From the NCBI GenBank assembly GCA_036274735.1, contig DASUFD010000027.1:1710-65709 (forward strand): 64,000 nucleotides of DNA, read 5' to 3'. This DNA is from Burkholderiales bacterium (GTDB lineage Bacteria > Pseudomonadota > Gammaproteobacteria > Burkholderiales > SG8-39). Position numbers and translations under genes: made by a program. The notes under the pieces are model-generated. The model made no database searches and was not told where the DNA came from. It saw only the letters and a list, made by a program, of their open reading frames with translations. The stretch's first letter is position 1, and each line of letters begins with the position of its first letter. This document shows positions 33,253 to 41,677 of this stretch, one piece after another.

Positions 33253-35361
33253 TCACGCCAGCCTGAAGCCGGCCACCGACTTCTTCAGCCCGACGGCCAG
33301 CTCGGTCAGCTTGGTCGCCGAGAGCGCGGTCTTCTTCGTACCCTCGGTGGTGAGCTGCGTCACGCCGAGGATGATCTTCATCTTGCCCGCCACCTCGGAT
33401 GCCGAAGCCGCCTGCTGCTGGGTGGCGTTGGAGATCGCGCCGATCAGCTCCGCCAGCCGGTTCGAGATCTTCTCGATCTCGCGCAGCGCCTGGTCGGCTT
33501 CGTCAGCGGTGCGCGTCCCCTCCACGACTTCCCGGGTGCTGCGCTCCATCGCCTCCACGGCGTCCTGGGTGTCGCGCTGAATGCTTTTCACGATCGTCCC
33601 GATGTGCTTGGTGGCTTCCGCCGAGCGCTCGGCGAGGCGCTGCACCTCCTCGGCAACCACCGTGAAGCCCCGTCCCGCCTCCCCCGCCGAGGCCGCCTGG
33701 ATCGCAGCGTTCAGCGCGAGCACGTTGGTCTGCTCCGTGATGTCGGAGATCAGCTGCACGATCTCGCCGATCTCCTGCGAGCTCTCGCCGAGCCGCTTGA
33801 TGCGCTTCGAGGTCTCCTGGATCTGCTCGCGGATGTCGTTCATGCCGCGGATCGCGTTCTGCACCGCCTCGGCGCCCTTGCCCGCAGCGGCGAGGGACGA
33901 CTCGGCCACCCTCGCCGAGTCGTTGGCGCTCGCCGAAACCTGGTTCATCGACTGCGCCATCCGCGTCACCGACTGTCCGGTCGCCTGGATCTCCATCGCC
34001 TGCTTCTGCGTCGCCTGCAGGAGCTGCCCCGACACCGTCTGGGCCTCCTGGGTCGCCGCGTTCACCTGCTGCGCGGCGTTTGTGATGCCGGCCACCAGAC
34101 GCCGCAGCTCGTCGATCGTGTAATTGATCGAATCGGCGATCGCACCGGTCATGTGCTCCGTGACCCGTGCCCGCACCGTCAGGTCGCCGCTCGCGAGGTT
34201 GCCGATCTCGTCCAGCAGCCGCAGGATGGCGTCCTGGTTCTCGCGGTTCTGGCGCTCGCTCTGCTCGGCCCGACGACGGCTGTCGTCGATGTACGTCTTG
34301 CCGATGAGCAGCAGCACGGCGAAGGCGAGCAGCGACACCCCGAGCATCGCCGCGAAGTTGAGCCGCCGGGCGTTGAGCAGGCCGTCGTAGCCGGCAGCGA
34401 GCTGCTCCGTCGCGCCGAGCAGCTTCTCGCTATCGTTGAAGATGTCGCGGGTGGCGCGCTTCGCGTTCACCAGGCGCTGCATGTTGCCGAGGATCTGGCT
34501 CACGCCCGCCTGGTACTCCTTGAAGGTCGCCTGCAGCTCGGCAAGCTTGCCGCGGATCATCGGCTCGTCGACCCGATCGATACGCAGCGCGCGGTCGCCC
34601 TGGGCGAGGCCCTGCACCAGGTCGCGAAAGGTGTTGGTGTCCTTGCCGAGCAGGAACGCCACCTCGGGGTCGACGATATCGCCCGCCAGCATGGCATTGG
34701 CGTTCTTCGCCATGCGCTGGGTCAGCATCACGAGCTGCGCGGCAATCGCGTTCTGCCGGGCGCCACCGCCGGTCTGCACGCTGAACGCGGCCACCTCCTC
34801 GGCGTTCTCGAGCAGCACCGGGTTGTTCTCGTTGATGGTGCGCACCGCGCCTGCCAGCGCGACCAGGTTGCGCTCCTCGCCGATCACCAGCATGGCGTTG
34901 CGTTCGGTCTTGCGCCACTCCGTTTCCAGCGCGGCGAGCCTGGGGCGCACCGCGTCCGGGGTCGGCGGCAGGTCCACCTCGGCGGCGGTGCCTCCTGCCG
35001 CGAGCAGGTGGACGAGCGAGGCGAACTCGTCGCGGCTTTCGCGCAGCTGCTGGAAAGCCACCGGGTTGCCTTGCGAAGCCTGCTGCGCCGCCTTGGCCAG
35101 GCGCTGCGACAGCATGCGCAGCTTTCCGACGGTCGCGACGTAGAGCGTGTCGAAGGTCGCCTCACGAGCGTCGTAGACGACGACGCCGACGTCGATCGCG
35201 AGGAGCACGACGAGCAACACCATCAGGAACTGCAGTCGTCGCCCCGCGCCGCGCCGGGCGAGGCCGGCAAGCACCCCGGCCATGCCGCCGGAGGAGCGCG
35301 CTGCCCCCGCGGCGTCGCGCGCGATGAAAGGTATCTTGAAGAATTCGAGCCTGTTTCCCAT
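33253..35361 (-). CDS. pilJ: PilJ-type methyl-accepting chemotaxis protein
   Basis: 702 aa. Two PilJ/NarX-like periplasmic boxes ([13 protein letters not shown] and [13 protein letters not shown]). Signalling hairpin [31 protein letters not shown]. Confidence 0.9.
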   Translation of the reverse strand: MGNRLEFFKIPFIARDAAGAARSSGGMAGVLAGLARRGAGRRLQFLMVLLVVLLAIDVGVVVYDAREATFDTLYVATVGKLRMLSQRLAKAAQQASQGNPVAFQQLRESRDEFASLVHLLAAGGTAAEVDLPPTPDAVRPRLAALETEWRKTERNAMLVIGEERNLVALAGAVRTINENNPVLLENAEEVAAFSVQTGGGARQNAIAAQLVMLTQRMAKNANAMLAGDIVDPEVAFLLGKDTNTFRDLVQGLAQGDRALRIDRVDEPMIRGKLAELQATFKEYQAGVSQILGNMQRLVNAKRATRDIFNDSEKLLGATEQLAAGYDGLLNARRLNFAAMLGVSLLAFAVLLLIGKTYIDDSRRRAEQSERQNRENQDAILRLLDEIGNLASGDLTVRARVTEHMTGAIADSINYTIDELRRLVAGITNAAQQVNAATQEAQTVSGQLLQATQKQAMEIQATGQSVTRMAQSMNQVSASANDSARVAESSLAAAGKGAEAVQNAIRGMNDIREQIQETSKRIKRLGESSQEIGEIVQLISDITEQTNVLALNAAIQAASAGEAGRGFTVVAEEVQRLAERSAEATKHIGTIVKSIQRDTQDAVEAMERSTREVVEGTRTADEADQALREIEKISNRLAELIGAISNATQQQAASASEVAGKMKIILGVTQLTTEGTKKTALSATKLTELAVGLKKSVAGFRLA

Positions 35362-35370
35362 GGCGACTCC

Positions 35371-36501
35371 CTAGCGCAGAAACTTGCCGTCGCGGGCGAT
35401 GATCGTCAGGTCAACGAACTTCGACGCGCTGTGATTGGTCGGCGAGAAGCCGACATAGAAGCCGCCGACGTCGACGTCGTTCATCCTCTCCAGCGTGGCG
35501 ATCAGCCGCTCGCGGGTGAGCTCGCGCCCGGTACGGCGCAAGGCTTCGACGAACACTTTCGCGGCGATGAAGCCTTCGATGGTGGTGAAGGTCAATTCCT
35601 TGTGGCCGGCGCGCCGCATCAAACCCTGATACTCGCGCACTACGGGGACCGCGGCGCCCCACGGGAAGGGCATCACCTGCGAAATCGCCACCCCGACGCC
35701 CTGCCCGCCGAGGTCGTCCGCGAGCGCCTTGCTGCCGACGAACGAGACGTTGTAGAACTGCGCGGCGCTGCCCTGCTTCTTCATCTGGCGGATGAACTCC
35801 GCGCAGGCCTTGTACGCGCCGATCATGACCACCGCGTCCGGCTGCGCGGCGTTCAAAGTTTTCACCGCGCGCTCCACCTTGACCGTGTTCCGCTCGAAGA
35901 TGCCCGTCGCCGAGATCTTCAGGTTGCGCCTCTCCATGGCGAGCTCGACCCCCTTGAGGCCCGCCTGCCCGTAGGCATCGTCCTGGTAGAACACGGCGAT
36001 GTTCTTCGAGCCGGTCGATACGAGCTGCTCGACGATCTTCTCCGTTTCGTCGTAATAGCTCGCTCTCACGTTGAAGATGTAGTGGTTCACCGGCTGGCGC
36101 AGCAGCTCGGCGCCGGTGAACGCGCCGAAGAACGGCACCTTCGCCTGTGTGAAAATCGGCAGCGCGGCCGCCGAGGTGGGCGTACCGACGTAGCCGAAGA
36201 GCGCGAATACCTTGTCCTGCTCGATCAGCCGCTTCGTGTTCGGCACGGTGCGCGAGGGCTCGTAGCCGTCGTCGAGCGTGATGAGCCGGATCTTGCGCCC
36301 GCTTACGCCGCCGCTCGCATTGACGTAGTCGAAGTAAACCTTCGCCCCGTTGCGCATCTCCGTGCCGAGAGCGGCCGCCGGACCCGTGAGCGCGACCGAC
36401 TGGCCGAGCACGATGGTGTCGGCGCTGACGCCGTTCTCGGCGAAGCTCGCAGGCGAGAAGAATCCTGCCGCGACGAGCAGGCAAGGAGCGATGCGCTTCA
36501 T
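35371..36501 (-). CDS. periplasmic substrate-binding protein, LivK/Peripla_BP_6 (branched-chain amino acid ABC type)
   Basis: Track ORF trimmed to the ATG at 36499-36501, giving 376 aa. Signal peptide MKRIAPCLLVAAGFFSPASFA. Motifs IVLGQSVALTGPAAALG and GYVGTPT. ATGA overlap with the pilI stop, with a GGAGG SD inside the pilI 3' end. Confidence 0.88.
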   Translation of the reverse strand: MKRIAPCLLVAAGFFSPASFAENGVSADTIVLGQSVALTGPAAALGTEMRNGAKVYFDYVNASGGVSGRKIRLITLDDGYEPSRTVPNTKRLIEQDKVFALFGYVGTPTSAAALPIFTQAKVPFFGAFTGAELLRQPVNHYIFNVRASYYDETEKIVEQLVSTGSKNIAVFYQDDAYGQAGLKGVELAMERRNLKISATGIFERNTVKVERAVKTLNAAQPDAVVMIGAYKACAEFIRQMKKQGSAAQFYNVSFVGSKALADDLGGQGVGVAISQVMPFPWGAAVPVVREYQGLMRRAGHKELTFTTIEGFIAAKVFVEALRRTGRELTRERLIATLERMNDVDVGGFYVGFSPTNHSASKFVDLTIIARDGKFLR

Positions 36502-37025
36502 AGGCTGGCCTCCAGGAAAGCGGGGTGTTCGACGAGGGCCGGGATGTCGAGCTCCCTCCACAGCTTGCCGTGCGCATCGGCGAAGACGCCGCGCACGAAC
36601 GCCGGCCGGCGCGGCGCGTTCTCGCCGTGCTGGCGCAGCGCCTCGGGATCGCGCAGACCGAGCGAGCGCTCGACGAGCAGCGCCGCCCCGGAACGAAAGC
36701 GCTCGTTGACGAGGAGCAGGCGGCATTGCTCGCCGGGCCTCGTGGGCGCTCCGCCGAGGAACGCCGCGAAGTCGGTCACGCAGTACAGGTTTCCGCGCAC
36801 ATTCGCCACGCCCTTGAACCAGGGGCGCGCGAGCGGCACGGCGGAGACTGCGGGCACGGGAATGACTTCGCCCGCCTCTGCGAGGTCGACCAGCCAGCCT
36901 TCGTCCCCGACCTGCAGCCCGAGCTTCGAGGCGATGCGCGCGCCCGCTTGGGCGCTCTGCAGGCGCTCGGAAAGCGCGAGCTGATACTCGCGCAGCGAGC
37001 CCGCTCGGGAGGCCGGCGTGGCCAT
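36498..37025 (-). CDS. pilI: CheW-like coupling protein PilI
   Basis: Trimmed to the ATG at 37023-37025, giving 175 aa. CheW-like core (VPLARPWFKGVANVRGNLYCVTDF). Shares 1 nt with the pilH stop. Confidence 0.85.
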   Translation of the reverse strand: MATPASRAGSLREYQLALSERLQSAQAGARIASKLGLQVGDEGWLVDLAEAGEVIPVPAVSAVPLARPWFKGVANVRGNLYCVTDFAAFLGGAPTRPGEQCRLLLVNERFRSGAALLVERSLGLRDPEALRQHGENAPRRPAFVRGVFADAHGKLWRELDIPALVEHPAFLEASL

Positions 37026-37390
37026 CAGCCGAGCGCGGCGATCTTGGCGAGCAGATCCGCCGGGTTGACGGGCTTGACGACATAGTCGCGCGCGCCCTGG
37101 CGCAAGCCCCACACCTTGTCGGTCTCCTGCCCTTTGCTGCTGCACAGTATGATCGGGATGCTCTTGGTGCTCTCGTCCCTGCTCAGGGCACGCGTCGCCT
37201 GGAAGCCGTTCTGCCCGGGCATCACGACATCCATCAGCACGAGGTCTGGGCGCGATGTTCTGAGCTTGGCCATCGCGTCCTCGGCGCTCTCGGCCGTGGC
37301 GACCTTGAAGCCGCTCTTGGACAGGATCTCGCTCAGGTACTGGCGGTCGGTAGGCGAATCGTCGACGACCAGGATGTTGGAAATAGCCAT
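37025..37390 (-). CDS. pilH: single-domain response regulator PilH
   Basis: Trimmed to the ATG at 37388-37390, giving 121 aa. Motifs ILVVDDSPTDR...LMDVVMPGQNG...KP. Confidence 0.9.
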   Translation of the reverse strand: MAISNILVVDDSPTDRQYLSEILSKSGFKVATAESAEDAMAKLRTSRPDLVLMDVVMPGQNGFQATRALSRDESTKSIPIILCSSKGQETDKVWGLRQGARDYVVKPVNPADLLAKIAALG

Positions 37391-37401
37391 GGCAATGCCT
37401 T

Positions 37402-37827
37402 TCAGTTGGAAACGGAAGAAGCTTTGACGTACTCGTTGACCGCCTCGACCAGGCCTTCCCGCGTGAAGGGCTTGGTGAGATAGCGATCGGAACCGGCCAG
37501 GCGGCCGCGCGCCCGGTCGAAGACGCCGTCCTTGCTCGAGAGCATGATCACGGGGGTCGACTTGAGGCGCGCGTTCTGCTTGATCAGCGCGCAAGTCTGG
37601 TAGCCGTCCAGGCGCGGCATCATGATGTCGACGAAAATGACGCGCGGCTGGTGGTCGGCGATCTTGGCGAGGGCATCGAAGCCGTCCTCGGCGAGAATCA
37701 CTTCGTAGCCGGCTTGGCGGAGGAACGTTTCGGCGCTGCGCCGGATGGTGTTGCTATCGTCGATGACAAGGACTTTGACCGGTCCTGTTCCTACCGTGAG
37801 CGGTCCGACCGTGGTCTCGTTCGTCAC
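37402..37827 (-). CDS. pilG: single-domain response regulator PilG
   Basis: 141 aa, GTG start with a GGAGGAG SD. VLVIDDSNTIRRSAETFL...FVDIMMPRLDGYQTCALIK...LSSKDG...YLTKPF closely resembles Pseudomonas PilG as I recall it. Confidence 0.92.
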   Translation of the reverse strand: MTNETTVGPLTVGTGPVKVLVIDDSNTIRRSAETFLRQAGYEVILAEDGFDALAKIADHQPRVIFVDIMMPRLDGYQTCALIKQNARLKSTPVIMLSSKDGVFDRARGRLAGSDRYLTKPFTREGLVEAVNEYVKASSVSN

Positions 37828-37890
37828 TTACGGGCTCCTCCTGAAACCTGGCTTCCTCTTACAAGTCTTGCACTTACTGAAACTTCTTTA

Positions 37891-37906
37891 AGTGAAATAA
37901 TTCATA
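37891..37906. promoter_or_regulatory. CRP/Vfr-like half-palindrome (candidate site)
   Basis: AGTGA-N6-TCATA against the consensus TGTGA-N6-TCACA, matching 4 of 5 bases in each half. Located in the AT-rich divergent pilG / citrate-synthase-like control region. Confidence 0.2.
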
Positions 37907-37917
37907 GGACGGCACAA

Positions 37918-38685
37918 TTGGACAACACGACAAAAAGCGTCGCCGAAGCACGACAAAAAAAGAAGAACCTTCGTTCCGATCTCGGCTGGTCGACGACCGA
38001 TCGCATCGTCGTGCGCGGCAAGGATCTCCCGGGAGAGATCCTCGGGCGGGTGAATCTGGGCGATATGGCCTTCCTCGAGCTGACAGGCCGCCTCCCCGAG
38101 CCTCGAGAGTCGAAGCTTTTCAATGCCATGGTCGTCACCCTGGTCGAGCACGGCATGACGCCCAGTGCCCTGGCGGCACGCCTTACCTACCTCGGCGCGC
38201 CGGAGGCGATGCAGGCGGCGGTCGCGAGCGGTTTGCTGGGCCTGGGCAGCGTGTTCGTAGGCTCGATGGAAGGCGCGGCAAAGCTTTGCAGCGAAGCTCT
38301 CGCCGAGGGTGAGGCGGACATCGTCGATATCCTGGCCCGATACAAGCGCGTGCCCGGCCTCGGCCATCCGCTGCACAAGCCGGTCGATCCCCGCAGCGCG
38401 AGGCTGTTCGAGATCGCCCGGGAAACCGGCTACTACGGCAAATACTGCCGCCTCATGGAAGACCTGGCGCAGCGCAAGCAGCTGACCTTGAACGCAACGG
38501 GCGCGATCGGCGCGCTGGCTTGCGAGCTCGGCCTCGACTGGCGATGCGTGCGCGGCCTGGGCGTGATGGCGCGCGCGATCGGGCTGGTGGGCCACATTCT
38601 GGAAGAGGCCCGCGATCCGATGGCCGGGGAAATCTGGCACCGCGTCGAGGAGGAGGCTTCGGCGCATCTCAGGGACGAGCGATGA
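37918..38685 (+). CDS. citrate synthase-like protein (citryl-CoA lyase / ACL C-terminal-like)
   Basis: Domain text RIVVRGKDL...MAFLELTGRLPEPRE...LVEHGMTPSA...VPGLGHPLHK. The only upstream ATG (37651) lies inside pilG on the other strand. The in-frame TTG at 37918 has an AGGAC SD 7 nt upstream. Confidence 0.7.
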   Translation: MDNTTKSVAEARQKKKNLRSDLGWSTTDRIVVRGKDLPGEILGRVNLGDMAFLELTGRLPEPRESKLFNAMVVTLVEHGMTPSALAARLTYLGAPEAMQAAVASGLLGLGSVFVGSMEGAAKLCSEALAEGEADIVDILARYKRVPGLGHPLHKPVDPRSARLFEIARETGYYGKYCRLMEDLAQRKQLTLNATGAIGALACELGLDWRCVRGLGVMARAIGLVGHILEEARDPMAGEIWHRVEEEASAHLRDER

Positions 38686-39833
38686 ACCTCGCGCGCGACA
38701 ACTATCCCGAGCTGCGCGACGCCGTGCGGGCGCTTTGCGGCCAGTTCGACTCCGCCTACTGGCAGGCGATCGACGAAAAGCGGACCTACCCGGAGGCCTT
38801 TGTCGAGGCGCTGACCCAGGCCGGCTGGATGTCGGCGCTGATCCCCGAGGAATACGGCGGCTCGGGCCTCTCGCTCACCGAGGCCTCCGTGATCATGGAG
38901 GAAGTCAGCCGCTCCGGAGGCAACCCCGGCTCCTGCCACGGGCAGATGTACAACATGAACACGCTGCTGCGTCACGGCTCGCCGGAGCAGAAGAAGAAAT
39001 ACCTGCCGAAGATCGCGCGCGGCGAGTTGCGCCTGCAGGCGATGGGCGTCACCGAGCCCGGCGCAGGCACCGACACCACGAAGATCAAGACCGTAGCGGT
39101 GCGCAAGGGCGATCGCTACGTCGTGAACGGCCAGAAAGTGTGGACCTCGCGGCTGCAACATTCGGAGCTGATGATCCTGCTCACGCGCACGACGCCGCTC
39201 TCGGAGTTGAGCCGCAAGAGCGACGGCATGTCGATCTTCCTCGTCGACACGAAAAGCCAGGGACTGGAAGCGCGGCCGATCCGCAACATGCCCAATCACG
39301 AGACCAACCAGGTGTTCATCGACAACCTGGAGGTGCCCGTCGAGAACCGGATCGGCGAGGAAGGCAAGGGCTTTCGCTACATCCTCGACGGCCTCAACGC
39401 GGAGCGCATCCTCATCGCCGCCGAATGCATCGGCGACGGCTATTGGTTCGTGGAGAAAGCGACCCGCTACGCCTCGGAGCGCGTCGTTTTCGATCGCCCA
39501 ATCGGACAGAACCAGGGCATTCAGTTCCCGATCGCCGAGAGCTACATGGAGATCGAGGCGGCGAACCTGATGCGCTACAAGGCGGCGGCGCTCTACGATG
39601 CGCACAAGCCGTGCGGCGCCGAGGCGAACATGGCCAAGCACCTCGCAGCCAAGGCCTCGTGGGAAGCGGCCAACGTCTGCCTGCAGACCCACGGCGGGTT
39701 CGGCTTCGCCGCCGAGTACGACGTGGAGCGCAAGTTCCGGGAGAGCCGGCTCTACCTCGTAGCGCCGATCTCGACCAACCTCATCCTCTCCTACGTCGCC
39801 GAGCACGTGCTCGGCCTGCCCCGCTCGTTCTAG
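38682..39833 (+). CDS. acyl-CoA dehydrogenase
   Basis: Trimmed to the ATG at 38682 (ATGA overlap with the upstream stop), giving 383 aa. Motifs GVTEPGAGTDT and QTHGGFGFAAEYDVERKFRE. Confidence 0.9.
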   Translation: MNLARDNYPELRDAVRALCGQFDSAYWQAIDEKRTYPEAFVEALTQAGWMSALIPEEYGGSGLSLTEASVIMEEVSRSGGNPGSCHGQMYNMNTLLRHGSPEQKKKYLPKIARGELRLQAMGVTEPGAGTDTTKIKTVAVRKGDRYVVNGQKVWTSRLQHSELMILLTRTTPLSELSRKSDGMSIFLVDTKSQGLEARPIRNMPNHETNQVFIDNLEVPVENRIGEEGKGFRYILDGLNAERILIAAECIGDGYWFVEKATRYASERVVFDRPIGQNQGIQFPIAESYMEIEAANLMRYKAAALYDAHKPCGAEANMAKHLAAKASWEAANVCLQTHGGFGFAAEYDVERKFRESRLYLVAPISTNLILSYVAEHVLGLPRSF

Positions 39834-39846
39834 CGACGCTCGCCTC

Positions 39847-41160
39847 TCAGCGCCCGAGCGCGGGGAGCCAGGTCGCGATGAGCGGGAAAGCGATGATGAG
39901 GGCGATCAGGAGGAGCACGCAGGAGATGAACGGCACCGCGGCGAGGTAGATCTCGCGCATCGTGGTGCCCGGCGGCGCGACGCCCTTCATGACGAACAGC
40001 AGCAACCCGAACGGCGGCGTCGTGTAGCCGATCTCGAGCGAGAGCAGCATGATCAGGCCGAACCAGGTCAGGTCGAAGCCCAGGGTCTTGGCGAGGGGAA
40101 AGAAGATCGGCGCGGTGAGCAGCATCATCGAGAGCTGGTCCATGAAGCAGCCGAGGAAAAAAATGATGCCGATCATGACGAGCAGCATGCCGAGGGACGA
40201 GAAATGGAAGTTCGTCGCCCAGGCGATGAGGCCGCTCGAGGCGCCCGAGAAGGCGAGGATCTGGCTGAACGTCGCCGAGCCGAGGATGATGAGGAAGGCC
40301 ATTACCGTGACGCGCAGCGCCGCATCCACCGAGCGGCGGAAGCTCCTCCACGAGAGCGCGCGGTAGCAGGCGGCGAGCACGATGACGCCGAGGCAGCCGA
40401 CGGCGGCGGCTTCGGTGGGCGTCGCGTAGCCGGCCACCATGACTCCGATGACGAGCACGATGACGGCGAACATCGGCAGGATGTCGACCAGCACGAGGCG
40501 CGCCTTCTCGGCGAGCGAGGCGCGCTGCGCCGCGTAGGCGGGCGCGGCCTTCGGGTCGACGACGGTCCAGACGAAGATCAGCGCCGCGTACATCGTCGCG
40601 AGGAGCACCCCGGGGACGACGCCGGCGAGCAGCAGCGCGCCGACGTCGCTTCGCCCGAGCGTGGCGAGCAGCACCGCGAGCGCCGAGGGCGGGATGATGA
40701 CCGCCAGGCCCCCGGTGCCCATGATCGGGCCGATCGAGAGGTACTTGCTGTAGCCGCGGCGCATCATCTCCGGGACCATCAGCGAGCCGAGCAGGGCCGT
40801 CGAGCCCATGCTCGATCCCGAGAGCGCGGCAAAGCCGGTCCCGCCGACCACGGTCACGTAGGCGAGGCGCCCAGGAACGTTGCCCATCAACCGGTCGATG
40901 GCGTTGAACATCCGCGCCGCGAGGCCGGTGTGATAGAACAGATCGCCCATCAGCAGGAACATCGGGATCGGCACCAGCGCGAAGCTCGTCATCGCGCCGA
41001 ACCCGCTGTTCAGCATCTGCGCGACCCCGAGCGTGCCGCCCATGAAGACGTGAGCCGCGACGATGTTCGCGGCGAGGAACGCCATGGCGACCGGCATGCC
41101 GACCAGCATGAGCGCCACCAGCAGGCCGAACAGCAGCGCGATTGCCCAGTACCACTCCAT
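39847..41160 (-). CDS. TRAP transporter large permease (DctM family)
   Basis: 437 aa, highly hydrophobic, with DctM-like motifs. Confidence 0.9.
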   Translation of the reverse strand: MEWYWAIALLFGLLVALMLVGMPVAMAFLAANIVAAHVFMGGTLGVAQMLNSGFGAMTSFALVPIPMFLLMGDLFYHTGLAARMFNAIDRLMGNVPGRLAYVTVVGGTGFAALSGSSMGSTALLGSLMVPEMMRRGYSKYLSIGPIMGTGGLAVIIPPSALAVLLATLGRSDVGALLLAGVVPGVLLATMYAALIFVWTVVDPKAAPAYAAQRASLAEKARLVLVDILPMFAVIVLVIGVMVAGYATPTEAAAVGCLGVIVLAACYRALSWRSFRRSVDAALRVTVMAFLIILGSATFSQILAFSGASSGLIAWATNFHFSSLGMLLVMIGIIFFLGCFMDQLSMMLLTAPIFFPLAKTLGFDLTWFGLIMLLSLEIGYTTPPFGLLLFVMKGVAPPGTTMREIYLAAVPFISCVLLLIALIIAFPLIATWLPALGR

Positions 41161-41163
41161 CGC

Positions 41164-41628
41164 CTACTCGCCGGCCGTCAGGCCCGACCCGTACGGGCTC
41201 TCCCCGCGCACGAGGAGCCGCAAGAACTCGATCGCCATCATGCCGAAGGACAGCGGCATGAAGGCCATCAGCATCCAGCGCGGCATGTCGAAGGAGCGCA
41301 CGTCCTTCTCGTTGCCGAGAAAATCCTGGACGGTGATGGCGCCACCGAACCAGGCGAGGATCCCGGCGACCGCGATGCAGGCGACGACGACCGCCAGCAG
41401 CAGGGCGCGCTGCGCGCGCGGCGGAACCGCCGAGACCACCAGCTCGATGTAGATGTGGCCCTTCTCGCGCACCAGCCAGGGCGCGCCCAGCAGCGGGATG
41501 AGCAGCAGGAAATACTCGGTGAAGGTGAAGAAGTGCGCCGAGCTCTGGAAGCCGAGGTTGCGCAGCGCGACGTCGCTGACGATCATCGCCAGCATCGCGA
41601 CCATCAGCAGACCGGCGAGCCACGCCAT
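41164..41628 (-). CDS. TRAP transporter small permease (DctQ family)
   Basis: 154 aa with 4 hydrophobic segments. Lies 3 nt upstream of the large permease. Confidence 0.85.
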   Translation of the reverse strand: MAWLAGLLMVAMLAMIVSDVALRNLGFQSSAHFFTFTEYFLLLIPLLGAPWLVREKGHIYIELVVSAVPPRAQRALLLAVVVACIAVAGILAWFGGAITVQDFLGNEKDVRSFDMPRWMLMAFMPLSFGMMAIEFLRLLVRGESPYGSGLTAGE

Positions 41629-41677
41629 CCCGTAGAGGACGGCGCGATACGCTTTGCCGATCAGGGCGCGGTCCCGG

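Noticed and set aside
32530-36984. 1484-aa plus-strand ORF spanning the chpA 5' end, pilJ, the binding protein and pilI
   Set aside because: It is antisense to four well-supported genes. It has an Arg/Ala/Gly-rich low-complexity composition and no motifs. This is a typical shadow ORF in GC-rich DNA.
28617-37827. Reading the cluster as a flagellar CheA/CheW/CheY chemotaxis operon
   Set aside because: The MCP has PilJ-type periplasmic boxes. The kinase is a multi-Hpt ChpA with a C-terminal receiver. The two small regulators match PilG and PilH. No flagellar or CheR/CheB/CheZ genes are present.
39830-41623. 597-aa minus-strand ORF overlapping the TRAP permease genes
   Set aside because: It is an alternate frame of dctM/dctQ. 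The translation is Arg/Gly-rich, not hydrophobic, and has no motifs.
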